Assembly: GCA_047495785.1 (NCBI GenBank)
Contig: JBLDXI010000025.1
Coordinates: forward strand, 2,356,001-2,420,000
Direction: 5' to 3'
Length of the DNA: 64,000 nt
Origin: Lepidodermella squamata
Lineage: Eukaryota > Animalia > Gastrotricha
Each line of letters begins with the position of its first letter. Within the stretch, counting starts at the first letter, position 1. Under the pieces are notes generated by a model. The model saw nothing but the letters and a program-made list of their open reading frames with translations. It was not told where the DNA came from and ran no database searches. The translations under genes were made by a program, and so were the position numbers. Positions 52,167 through 61,657 of this stretch are shown piece by piece.

Positions 52167-53321
52167 TTACATGAATAAACTCCAAAACCCTGTGCCAGCT
52201 TGAAACTTGTTGATTTTATTTATCTTACGCTGTGACGTTCTTCGGAAAAGTTTTCCAGGTGGTGATATTTGTGTTTGATCAGTCATAGAACGTGGCTTTC
52301 TACCGCGCTTTTGACCCTTCCGTGGCGTTGCCGCTGCAGTTGCTGCTCCAGCTAGCTCAATTTCCATCGGTTCAGCGGCAGCGGCTTCTTCTTGTCTTTC
52401 TGCTTGATTATCATCATTATCAGCACCATCTTGCAGCTCTTCACTATTGCTGCCGCTGCTGTCCTCATCGCCGCTAAACGAAGACGACCCTGCTGTTGTG
52501 TTGCTGTCTCGAGGGGCCTGGGGGGTGCGCGCGCGGGGGGTCCCTCCTCTCGTAGGCAGCTGCTCATCATTAGGCCGATCAACAACAACATCATCGTGGC
52601 TGAGGACGGTCGTGGCTGCAGCGCTAGAAGTCGATGATGTTTGCGGGGCAGCGAATAGAAAATCCATTTGAAGATCATCAAATTCATAATTGCTGCTATT
52701 ATCAGTTGAAGGTCGTGGCGTTGTATTAGGTGAAAACTGCTGCTGAAAGCCGCCAATACCCGAATCTCTGTTATAGTTGTTATAGCTAGGCCCGGCCGCT
52801 TGACCAAAATTACTAGATGTTAATTTAGTAGGTTGTTGGCGCGCAAGTTGTTGTTGCTGCTGTTTTTTTGGAGGAGGAGGAGGAGGAGGAGAAGAAGCAG
52901 AAGGAAGCGGCGGCGGCGGCAGCGGAGGAGGAGGAGGAGGAGGAGGAGGAGGAGGAGGAGGAGGAGAGCGCGGCCTCGATTCTGCTCGATCTGCTGGTGC
53001 AGGCGACATTGGAATAGCGGCTGGCGGCTGGCTACTGCCTTGTAAAACTACCAGCTTCTTCAAATTCATAATCTCATGCATGAGTTCGTTACGTTTTCGC
53101 ACTAAATCGGCTGAATTATCACTACTACTAGCGTTGTTTATCACATCCCGGTCTAAAGACTGTAATAGCTGCACTAGTTTGAAAAGCAGAGGATTGCTCA
53201 GCAATGTTTTAGCAGCAATCAAGTCGCTCGCGTTTGGTTGTTGTTGTTGTTGTTGTGCTGGAGTTGGCCCAGGTGTCGCAAGTGGAACAATAGTCATGCG
53301 CTGTGCATAGTTTCGCTGCAT
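52167..53321 (-). CDS. Pro/Gln-rich low-complexity Maverick protein (384 aa), function unknown
   Basis: Long ORF within the structural gene block: N-terminal RMTIVP plus a helical segment, poly-Pro, an acidic stretch, a basic tail, and terminal GTGFWSLFM. Confidence 0.7.
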   Translation of the reverse strand: MQRNYAQRMTIVPLATPGPTPAQQQQQQPNASDLIAAKTLLSNPLLFKLVQLLQSLDRDVINNASSSDNSADLVRKRNELMHEIMNLKKLVVLQGSSQPPAAIPMSPAPADRAESRPRSPPPPPPPPPPPPPPLPPPPLPSASSPPPPPPPKKQQQQQLARQQPTKLTSSNFGQAAGPSYNNYNRDSGIGGFQQQFSPNTTPRPSTDNSSNYEFDDLQMDFLFAAPQTSSTSSAAATTVLSHDDVVVDRPNDEQLPTRGGTPRARTPQAPRDSNTTAGSSSFSGDEDSSGSNSEELQDGADNDDNQAERQEEAAAAEPMEIELAGAATAAATPRKGQKRGRKPRSMTDQTQISPPGKLFRRTSQRKINKINKFQAGTGFWSLFM

Positions 53322-53324
53322 AGT

Positions 53325-53738
53325 TTAGATTCGAAGAAGCCTCTTGAGTTCTGAATAATCAAACTTTAGCCTGGGTGCAAAGGATTTCAATACAGTGGGT
53401 AAAACTGCAAAAAAGGAAGCTTTCGAAGCCTTATTTCGCCTATTGTTCTTGTTGCTATTAAGGCAGTGTCGAATAAAAACTTGCCGGTTGTGCTCGACCA
53501 AATTGACACCTTTTTGTTTCAATTTAGCCAAATCAGGGGCCAGAACAGTACTAGTGCTGCGAAGCCAATACAAGGCGCAACGGCTAAGAAATCGTATAAG
53601 GCTAACAGAGCTAGTTGCTAAAATATCAGCACGCTGACCGGGGTGAGCATGCAATAACCATTTCAATGCAAGAAAAAGCCGCCGTTTTTTATCAAGACTG
53701 AACGATGGTGACGTTGCTGAGGTAATAACTTTATTCAT
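53325..53738 (-). CDS. Small basic Maverick protein (137 aa), possible core protein
   Basis: ATG-initiated ORF packed between the ATPase and the Pro-rich gene. QRADIL...LIRFLSRCAL, a basic cluster and an amphipathic FFAVLPTVLKSF segment. Confidence 0.65.
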   Translation of the reverse strand: MNKVITSATSPSFSLDKKRRLFLALKWLLHAHPGQRADILATSSVSLIRFLSRCALYWLRSTSTVLAPDLAKLKQKGVNLVEHNRQVFIRHCLNSNKNNRRNKASKASFFAVLPTVLKSFAPRLKFDYSELKRLLRI

Positions 53739-53789
53739 TTAACGACGAAAATTGGGCGGCAATGAATCCTTTTATAATAGTACATATCA

Positions 53790-54633
53790 TCATTTCTTTG
53801 AGACTAAAATGTAAGCGTAACCAGGTTTACTACCGAAGCCATTGCTCGAACGAATGCGGAGATTATCCGGAGTAGTTGCACAATTATCCAGTAGCAGTGG
53901 CGTGTGAGATGATTCAGCAGTTGCTTGGTTCAACGCTTCAAGAAGGCCTCGCCAGCCCATTGGGGAACGCCGTTGTGCATATGATCTAAAGCTTGCAGAG
54001 TCGGAAATGCAGCGAAAATAGAATAAATAGTTTGCATTTTGCTATAGAATAGAAAATACATAGAAGAAAAAACAATAATTTTCTGAGGCAAACCAGAATT
54101 TCCCTGCTATTTTTTGCTCGAGTAAACAAAACTTGTTGAAGGAGAATGGTTGTCGTATTCAAGTGCCGCCCTCCTAAAAAAAGCTGTACCAGTGTTTCGT
54201 CTTCAGTTAATAGGCGATACACGTCATCAAATACTAGGCAACAGCGGGGCTGCGTCTCGTTATTGTCGTTGATATAATTTTTTAAGCTGAAGCTATCGCT
54301 ACTGCTGTTTTTTGTGTCTGCTAAATTTACGAATTCAACTTTAATTTTGTGAACTTGCAATGCAGCATCGGCTATGTCATTGTAAATGGGTTGGAAAGTA
54401 GAATAAAAATAGACAATTCTCTCAAAAGGAAGTTCAAAACTGAATGCATCCTGTAGGATTTGAAGCACCAGACTTGTTTTACCGCTCCCCGACCTGAAGA
54501 TGAGTAAATTACACTAAAATATATTGACTTTTATTTCCATCGTCACTTACGGCCCAACAATGAGAATTGTGCTAGGGTGAACAAAAGGCAAAGCTTCATT
54601 TATGTTGCCAGGGCAGCAGCGCAAATCACTCAT
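53790..54633 (-). CDS. A32-like (FtsK/HerA) DNA-packaging ATPase (244 aa); exons 54633-54551, 54493-54094, 54041-53790
   Basis: Walker A GP|SGSGKT restored by a 57-bp intron; Walker B LVFDD; GRH...LLQQ; REIL|QNANY restored by a 52-bp intron. Confidence 0.92.
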
Positions 54634-54636
54634 CCT

Positions 54637-55200
54637 TTATAATCTAACGTTACAGGGTTTTATTCTTTCAAGTGGTCTCATAGATAGACCATAGTGGGAA
54701 TATAATGTATTAAATTTATGATAAAGTACACAGTCTTTTATAAGCAAATTGTTCTTTGATCCAAGCTGATCAAAATGCCTCAAAATTTGGTGCATGTCTT
54801 TACCTCGCGCTCGAAGCATGCTGTAATATAGAGCCCATAAGCCGCAGATTTGTGAAAAAACATGCTGGTAAGACCTATTGCAATGAATGTACGGCACTTC
54901 TGTTTGGCTATTCGCTTTCAAAAAGTTGTCGATATAGAGGTTATGATAGGAAGGGGAAAGGTTAAGGCTATCGAAAAACTCACAGGGCTCATCAGGATGC
55001 TGTGCGCTGTGAACAAACAGTGTGACCCAGTGCTTTCCTGTAGAATTGTATACATTTCCTGTGTTACAGATAATCAATTGTGGATTATTTTTCACAATAG
55101 GAAGCTGCTGTGGTAGCTGATCAGCGGCTACAACAAAAATGTCAAACTTTTTTAGTACTGGATCAATCCGGATGAAATCTTCCAATTCATTGTTGTACAT
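54637..55200 (-). CDS. Adenain-type (C5) cysteine maturation protease
   Basis: ICNT...GKHWV...EFFDS...YQ....QICGLW, giving His, Asp, Gln and Cys. First ATG at 55200. Confidence 0.92.
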   Translation of the reverse strand: MYNNELEDFIRIDPVLKKFDIFVVAADQLPQQLPIVKNNPQLIICNTGNVYNSTGKHWVTLFVHSAQHPDEPCEFFDSLNLSPSYHNLYIDNFLKANSQTEVPYIHCNRSYQHVFSQICGLWALYYSMLRARGKDMHQILRHFDQLGSKNNLLIKDCVLYHKFNTLYSHYGLSMRPLERIKPCNVRL

Positions 55201-55210
55201 GAAAAACTGC

Positions 55211-56701
55211 TTAAGAATCAACAATTACGTCACGCGTTCGTGTGATCTTAAAAAATTTGAATTTTAAGGCAATTTTAATTTTATGAAAAAAGATGATACC
55301 TCAAAAACTGAATCAGTTTCAGTTAATACTAACAGCTGAGTAACAATTGTTGTTTGAACAGCAAAACTCAACTCTACTCTGCAGGTACCTGTGCGTATAA
55401 CTGAGTAATTTTGCAACGAGGAGTTGCGCGATAAATCGAAACCAAAAATTGTGAAGCCATTAATAAACTGATCCATAGTTAACGTAGATGCCTTGAAAGG
55501 GTTATCTGGGTTGATAGCATTGAGAAGCTCCAAATAGACTCTGGTGACATCTCCATTTGCAAAATCCATTTCCAAGGGAGCTGTTGAGTGATGTAGTTCA
55601 TTGCCCAAATAAATCGATATTCGGGATAGCTGGCTGTGTAATGCATTCAATGGATTTTTACCCGCCGTTCCATTCAGGGCGGAATCTTCAAAAAAACAGA
55701 AAAACATACGCCTTGGAAGCTTACCATTAATACATTGTGGTATCTGTTAAACCATTAGAGTTTTAAAAATTGACTTAGAAACGCGCGATGAGCAAACTTA
55801 CACTGTAACTCAAAACACTACTTGGTATGTGAAAAAGCCTTGTTCGAACTCTCATTATAGGATATTTGGCGTTAGTTTTTTCCAGCGCACGCGTATGAGC
55901 AATCACTATGTCCGGCGACACAACAACAGCCCGGGCAATAATTTTTGCAGATTCAATGACGATTGAGTGAGGATCAGCTGTGCTCGGCCCAACCAAAGCA
56001 AAATTGTTAGATGCCCTATAGAGCTTGATGCGGACTTCAACATTAGGTAGAAGTAGCCTATTACACAGCATAGGATCTGCAAACAGGCGTCCCAGGGTGC
56101 ACACAGATTTCCCGCCCTGAACAATTTCCAACCGTTTTTTAAATCCCTCGTTTGAATTGTCAAAATTATCCAGTTTTTTAGCTGTATCAGGATACCAAAA
56201 TTGTGTCTGTAATATCGTGTTTTTTGCATCAGTATTATGAGACAAAAGCGTTGAAATATAGGCCCGATAAGCGTATAATGAATTTTGTTCACTTAAAAGT
56301 TGCCCATTTAGTGAAATCTCGCATGTTTTGAACATTGTGTGGTGGGCTAAACAAAGCGGGGCTTTTTGTAAATTTGTAGCCGAAAGACTAGCCTTATACT
56401 CGTTGTATGCATCGTCAGCTTCGCCAGCATTTTTCTTCCGAGCTTCAGAAGGGGTTCTAACTACTTTCCACTTGAGCATCAGTTGCATGCGTGACAGACA
56501 CAAATAATCATTGTACGGGCCGATTTGAAACTCAATCAGGTTCGGTGAACTATTAAGAGGGGCAATTGGGTAAACATCTATACTTATTTGGTTTTCTTCA
56601 GCAAGCTGTGAAGGCGGTACAGTAAATAAATCTAAATCTGAAGATAATACTATTGAAGAGGCTGAGGCTGGGTGAACAAAATTATCTCCAAAGCCTTCCA
56701 T
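55211..56701 (-). CDS. Double jelly-roll major capsid protein (459 aa); exons 56701-55802, 55743-55300, 55246-55211
   Basis: SDLDLFTVPPSQ, IEFQI, YAYRAYISTLL, RLLLPNVEVRIKL, AKYPIMR, GKLPRRMFF, KNPLN, GFTIFGFDLS, FE|ITRTRDV. Two GT-AG introns (58 and 53 bp). Confidence 0.92.
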
Positions 56702-56734
56702 TACAAATTTGAAGAATCAAACGCAGCAATGGGC

Positions 56735-57277
56735 TCAAGACGCTTCAAATAGCACTGATTTAGTTGTTGCGCGTCTTTTCCTTTTATAAGCCTTTCTTTT
56801 TGTAGTAGAAGCACGGCGCCTACGTTTTGCAGTCACACTACTAGTTTTACTAGGGCCACGACGACGGCGCCTTTTACGGCCACCTCCACCGCCTTGATGT
56901 TGCTTCAAAGCCGTTTCAGCAATATCCTTAGCCATGTTTAAGGCGCCTGAAGTGCCATGACGCTTAAGGGATTCGGTAAAACTAGGTCTAGCGCCCTCAG
57001 GTTGTTGCATATCACCTAATATTTTTTGGCCAGTAGATAATGCTTGTTGAAAAATAGACGGAGCAATTACTGGGAAGAAATTTCTGAAAAAGGCACCTAA
57101 TATATTTCCTATTCCCTGACCCCTATAATGATATGGAAATTGAATTGTTGCCCCACGGAAATGGTCCAGGTTAGCACCCGCTCCAGCTCCATAGCCTGCT
57201 ATCAGCGGGGAGGAGTGTTGGCGGAGAAAAAACTGCTGGTACTTGTCAACGTTTTGGTTAGAATAAGCTAGGGGCAT
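56735..57277 (-). CDS. Maverick core or membrane-active protein (GxG cleavage motif, amphipathic helix, Arg-rich tail)
   Basis: FRG...YRGQGIGNILGAFFRNFFPV and QGGGGGRKRRRRR. Located between penton and MCP. Confidence 0.8.
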   Translation of the reverse strand: MPLAYSNQNVDKYQQFFLRQHSSPLIAGYGAGAGANLDHFRGATIQFPYHYRGQGIGNILGAFFRNFFPVIAPSIFQQALSTGQKILGDMQQPEGARPSFTESLKRHGTSGALNMAKDIAETALKQHQGGGGGRKRRRRRGPSKTSSVTAKRRRRASTTKRKAYKRKRRATTKSVLFEAS

Positions 57278-57315
57278 CTTCGGTAATATTAATAATTAGA
57301 ACTCAGCCACTTATA

Positions 57316-58536
57316 TTAATATAAGGCTCCGGTTTTTCGGCGAATATGAAGTAGCAATACAACTTTGCTACCATCCACAAAATCGATCAATGCCCCGTTA
57401 TCGCGGCGGATTTGAACTTGAATTGAATCTATAAAATTGGCTTTTAAAGGTAAATATAGGCCCGAGTTATAAATCACTGTAAAATGTGATGACAAGTCTG
57501 AATTTGCCGTAGCAGAAGCCATCGTAGAATAGGTTATCATTCGAAGGAGGCTAGCTTGGCAATCTCCAACAAAAACATCCGCTGCAACTGAGCAGTAAAT
57601 GAACAGTGAGTTATTGCCATAATTCAACTGAATGTTGTATTGAGCTGTAGCACTTTCTTCATAGCATGCATAAATAAAGGCAGGCGGTAAATCATTATCT
57701 TTGGTGATTACTGTTTGCTCAGAAAAATCAAAGTGCTGTGCTGAATTTACGCCTTCTTGATTTTCTACCGCCGCTGTCTCATTATTTGCATCCTCCTTAA
57801 GTTTTGGTCTGCTAGAAAGCCTAACAATCCCAACTGAGTTGAATAAAATGTGTGGATTTTCACGAATTTGGTGGCTCATATTCCACGCATATGCCAAGGC
57901 ATACGTTGACTTTATATCAAAAGTGGAAACTTCATTAAATTCTGGCTCGTCATTTTTTGGGGCCTTGGGAAAAATGAAAACTCCAGACGGTGTATTCTGT
58001 TCTATTGGAGACACAAAACCTAAGAGGCCAGCAGAATCTGAAGGTATAAACATAGAATATGGCCATTTACAGGTAATTTTAGTTTTTTTGTTGACTGAAT
58101 CATAATGAGCAAAAATAGAGCCATTACTACTTGAGATGGATATTTTTTCATTAAAGTGATCGATTAGTTTGGTTATATTCGCAAAATATTCACCTCCGAA
58201 ATTTACTTTGTTAATAAAGCCAGTTTCCCATGGATTGTTGAAACTTTTCATCCGATGTGGCAAAGAGCCAGGATTTGTTAAATAATTAGCAATAATGTCG
58301 TTTTTAAAAGATTTCAGCCAGTTACAATCAAGCACATAGACTGTATGACGATCAATGCTACTCCACCTAACAGGAATTGTAGCCTCAAGTAGGGCTACTT
58401 CATAAGCACGGCAATCGGGTACGCAAATTGGGACAGGGAGAGCAACTTGATAATCCGACGGAGTATTCGCCGGATGTTGAGAATATGAGGCATTCGAGGG
58501 TAAATAAATAAAGAAGTCCTCCTGGATGCTAAGCAT
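57316..58536 (-). CDS. Minor capsid (penton) protein, 406 aa
   Basis: N-terminal FFIYLPSNAS...NTPSDYQVALP...YEVALLE; C-terminal LFIYCSV...VGD...LLR...YLPL...I.VQIR...G..IDF...LHIRR. Confidence 0.88.
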   Translation of the reverse strand: MLSIQEDFFIYLPSNASYSQHPANTPSDYQVALPVPICVPDCRAYEVALLEATIPVRWSSIDRHTVYVLDCNWLKSFKNDIIANYLTNPGSLPHRMKSFNNPWETGFINKVNFGGEYFANITKLIDHFNEKISISSSNGSIFAHYDSVNKKTKITCKWPYSMFIPSDSAGLLGFVSPIEQNTPSGVFIFPKAPKNDEPEFNEVSTFDIKSTYALAYAWNMSHQIRENPHILFNSVGIVRLSSRPKLKEDANNETAAVENQEGVNSAQHFDFSEQTVITKDNDLPPAFIYACYEESATAQYNIQLNYGNNSLFIYCSVAADVFVGDCQASLLRMITYSTMASATANSDLSSHFTVIYNSGLYLPLKANFIDSIQVQIRRDNGALIDFVDGSKVVLLLHIRRKTGALY

Positions 58537-58732
58537 TTGTTATGTTATCCTTATCTATCTTTTCTAAAGTAAGGATTGCGCTGTTGCCAAAAGGGGGGAG
58601 CTTAGTTTTGAATAAATAGTTTGAAATTTCTATAAGCCAAACGGTTATTAGAAGGAAAAAAATGTAGGCCCCTACACGCACAGATGGCTTTTGTAGGAAA
58701 GCTAAGAGTGGAGTCGTAGGAACTCTATTCAT
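58529..58732 (-). CDS. Small predicted single-pass membrane protein (67 aa)
   Basis: Start overlaps the integrase stop (ATGA) and the end overlaps the penton start. Hydrophobic segment VGAYIFFLLITVWLI. Confidence 0.55.
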   Translation of the reverse strand: MNRVPTTPLLAFLQKPSVRVGAYIFFLLITVWLIEISNYLFKTKLPPFGNSAILTLEKIDKDNITNA

Positions 58733-59940
58733 GAGGCCAAGGTTTTGATCTCGTTTGCATCAATCCAACTAGCGGCTTCAATCGGCCAGTTTTGCCATTT
58801 CACAAGAGCCTGTTTCTTGCCATTTATAGTGCGATGCTTCAGAACTTTTTCTATTAAATATGTTTCTTGCGGATGTGCTATCTGAAGCTGCCAATCGTAA
58901 AAACTACCTTGAATACGCTTATTCAGAGTATCACGGAGATAATACTTGTCGGGGATGGTACAAGTATCTATGCGGTCGATAAAAAAATATTCTTCAGTAA
59001 AAATGAAATCTCCTTCTTTGTGAAATAAATCCTTTACACGACTAATTCTAACACAATCACCGACAGAAAAAGTCGGTTTGTATAGTAAATTCTTGCGCTT
59101 TTCAAGCATCAATTGATCTCTTTTTCCAAAAACATTATTGTAAGCAACCAAATTTATAGGATCTTCTGGGGAAGCTAGCCATAATTCTAACGGGGCAACC
59201 CTAGTGCTGCGATTTTTCATTTGATTGTAAGACGCTAAGAAAAAAGGTAAGTAATCGATGTAACGCAGCGTATGATTTGCAATTTGATGCCTCGAAATAG
59301 TTCTACGAAGCCAACGGTTGAAAATTTCTATGGGTGAACACTTGAACATGGAGGTTGTAGTGTAATAATAAACATTGAATTTTTTAAATATTTTTTTAGC
59401 TTCTTTGTTGATAAATTCTCCGCCAGAATCTGTAGTGAAAGAGCGGCAACGCAAATCAGGTGTTAGGCTGCTCAAAAAATTACTGATCTTCTCAGCAGTG
59501 TAATTTCCTTCTTTGTTAAGTAAGGGAATACAGAAAGCATAACGCGTAAAACAGTCTTTGATTGTAAGTAAATAGCGGGTTCCATCATTATCTTGGCTTG
59601 AATCTTGAACTTCAAGAAGATCACCTAGAAAGAGGTCACTTCTAGCATAAACTTCATATTGCATGAATTGCTTCCGGTTTCTTACACTTAGTGGTTTATA
59701 TAATGAATATGTTCGATCATGGCTCATAATCTCAGCTAGTTTTTTATGAGTAAGGGAATTTCTCAGCTCTAAGGGTAATGTAGCTTTAAGTGTTGAGTAT
59801 AATCTGCGCAGGCCTTGAAATGATCCAACATGTTTCGGATCATTATAGAAGCTCAAAACAAACGATTTCAAGTCTGACCTGTGGTTTATTTTAGCATCTC
59901 CTTCAGCTAGACGTCTCGCATTGTGTTTATTACGTGGCAT
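58729..59940 (-). CDS. Retroviral-like (RVE) DDE integrase with C-terminal chromodomain
   Basis: GDLL, TDSGGEF and IEIFNRWLR form the triad; FSVGDCVRIS...F.K, GSFYDWQLQ; chromodomain YLIEKVLKHR...LVKWQNW...SWI. Confidence 0.95.
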   Translation of the reverse strand: MPRNKHNARRLAEGDAKINHRSDLKSFVLSFYNDPKHVGSFQGLRRLYSTLKATLPLELRNSLTHKKLAEIMSHDRTYSLYKPLSVRNRKQFMQYEVYARSDLFLGDLLEVQDSSQDNDGTRYLLTIKDCFTRYAFCIPLLNKEGNYTAEKISNFLSSLTPDLRCRSFTTDSGGEFINKEAKKIFKKFNVYYYTTTSMFKCSPIEIFNRWLRRTISRHQIANHTLRYIDYLPFFLASYNQMKNRSTRVAPLELWLASPEDPINLVAYNNVFGKRDQLMLEKRKNLLYKPTFSVGDCVRISRVKDLFHKEGDFIFTEEYFFIDRIDTCTIPDKYYLRDTLNKRIQGSFYDWQLQIAHPQETYLIEKVLKHRTINGKKQALVKWQNWPIEAASWIDANEIKTLAS

Positions 59941-59943
59941 GAC

Positions 59944-60213
59944 CTAATTCTTCTTTATAGCTAATTTACGGCAAGTAGGGACAACCGAACAATTAGCCAT
60001 GTGGCTAAATAAATCACCGTTTAAGTGGAATAATAAATCATTTATATTATATAACATCCGCTCAGTAGACTCGACAAGTTGCCGCAGGTGAAGGAGTTCG
60101 GCTTGAGTATTGCGAACTTCCATAACAGCGAAAAAGCTGATTAAAATGGTAACCAGGGATAGCAGCAATAGGATCGGTAAAACAGCACGCGGAATATCTG
60201 TTGTTTGATGCAT
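59944..60213 (-). CDS. Small membrane-anchored coiled-coil protein (89 aa)
   Basis: N-terminal hydrophobic helix (VLPILLLLSLVTILISFFAVM), a heptad-like segment and a C-terminal Cys pair. Stop lies 3 nt before the integrase ATG. Confidence 0.6.
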   Translation of the reverse strand: MHQTTDIPRAVLPILLLLSLVTILISFFAVMEVRNTQAELLHLRQLVESTERMLYNINDLLFHLNGDLFSHMANCSVVPTCRKLAIKKN

Positions 60214-60377
60214 AATAAATTACGAAGACTTTAAAAACGGGGAAATTTACCGATAGCCATATTTTTATTTCTGCTGCGAATTTTGAAAATTGATAGATAA
60301 TGATGAAAGTAGAAATAATGATTTTAGCTTAAAAAAAGACGGCACGCGATTAATCTTCCCTCATTCATTAAATCATT

Positions 60378-60977
60378 TTATTGTTGTTTGATATACAGAA
60401 AAAAAGGCGCCAATTTAACAAATGCTATTTTTATAAGAGATAACGAAAAACAGCCGCTCATAATCATTTTTCCAGTGTGAAACAGTGTGGCAGATACATT
60501 TAACTTTGGTTCATTTTCATTAGTGCTGACTTTGGAGAAAACACGTATACGCAACCCAGGAAAAAATTCTGGTTGGTAAACGCATATTTTAGGAAATTGA
60601 AAAGCTAGCAGGCTAAGATTGACAGTTTTATGTAAATCGTAGAACAATACTATATTAGTAATTATTGGGTCACGGATTATCAACCGTCGATTAACAATTT
60701 TTCTGAGTGTAGCTTGAAGAACTCCAAAAGCAGTAACACAATTCGAGGCTGTTTTGGTACCACTACAAATTATAGCTCCGGATGAAAATAATAAAAACGT
60801 CGCGTTAAAAGCAGGTACTTTATAGAACAAAGCACTCGACATTTTTTTTGGGTTATATTTTGCACAAGGTAAAATTAGGGCTAGACTATCTAAATTAAAT
60901 AGAAAATTTGACCTTGATTTAGCCATAATATTTGAAATAGAGTAATCAATATCATATTGTATATTATTTACTTCCAT
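60378..60977 (-). CDS. TATA-box-binding-protein homologue (core 199 aa from ATG 60977; frame open to 61157, true start uncertain)
   Basis: Two TBP repeats: ISNIMA...NLDSLA...KYNPKKM...FLLFSSGAIICSGTKT and ITNIV...VNLSLLA...YQPEFFPGL...TLFHTGKMIMSG. Confidence 0.9.
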   Translation of the reverse strand: MEVNNIQYDIDYSISNIMAKSRSNFLFNLDSLALILPCAKYNPKKMSSALFYKVPAFNATFLLFSSGAIICSGTKTASNCVTAFGVLQATLRKIVNRRLIIRDPIITNIVLFYDLHKTVNLSLLAFQFPKICVYQPEFFPGLRIRVFSKVSTNENEPKLNVSATLFHTGKMIMSGCFSLSLIKIAFVKLAPFFLYIKQQ

Positions 60978-61060
60978 ATTTAATGGTGGGGATTTCAATA
61001 GAAAAAAAGGTTCAGTGCTAGATTGTAGCTTTAAATCAACAGGATAGGATATAGTCAAAT

Positions 61061-61489
61061 TTATGATCGTGGTCGACTGTGATGCGGCTGATTGAAGGCT
61101 TGTAACATACTTGATTTCAGCTGTTTCTGTTTGAACTTTGCGATAGGTTGAGGGCAAATCATGACCAAAAAAGAGGCGACAGAATCTTGCTTTCGTGACT
61201 CATGATTGGTAATTGGAACAGCTGGTTTATTTTTCGCCTTGCATGGCGTTTTCGCCGATTTAGCAACTGATTTCTTCTCAGTACCTATGACTTTTTTCTG
61301 AATTTTATGTTTAGCATTGCGTTTCGGTTGATTACGAACCGCAGTTTTTGCTAATCTAGAGGCTGATGTTTGTTCAACAGGTTCCTTGGTAAACGTACTC
61401 GTATTCGGTTCATTCAGGTTTATTGGTACGAAATCATTGTTAGAAAAAAACAATGGAGAAGCCGGAGATGAATTGAAGAAAGCTTCCAT
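61061..61489 (-). CDS. Basic low-complexity ORF; either a separate gene or the 5' exon of the TBP homologue
   Basis: ATG at 61489 (MEAFFNSSP...), Lys-rich, overlapping the TBP frame. A weak candidate phase-0 intron 61165-61110 (56 bp) would fuse the two. Confidence 0.45.
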   Translation of the reverse strand: MEAFFNSSPASPLFFSNNDFVPINLNEPNTSTFTKEPVEQTSASRLAKTAVRNQPKRNAKHKIQKKVIGTEKKSVAKSAKTPCKAKNKPAVPITNHESRKQDSVASFLVMICPQPIAKFKQKQLKSSMLQAFNQPHHSRPRS

Positions 61490-61657
61490 AAATTCAGTAA
61501 GAAGAATAATATTCAAAGTTCTTGCGTTTGAAATGAAAAATGATCGAATGACGGAAGCCGGCCGCGGTGATTGGTTGGAGTTGCTGAGCCCCAGAACCTT
61601 CTGATTAGGAATGAATAAATAACAAAGGCATTATATAAATAAAATAAACTGACCAAA

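Noticed and set aside
52833-53045. Poly-Arg protamine-like ORF
   Set aside because: It is the antisense reading of the poly-Pro triplet repeat and has a non-ATG start.
53730-53745. Poxvirus-like TAAATG late-promoter motif at a start codon
   Set aside because: I saw it at only one element gene, which is expected by chance in AT-rich DNA.
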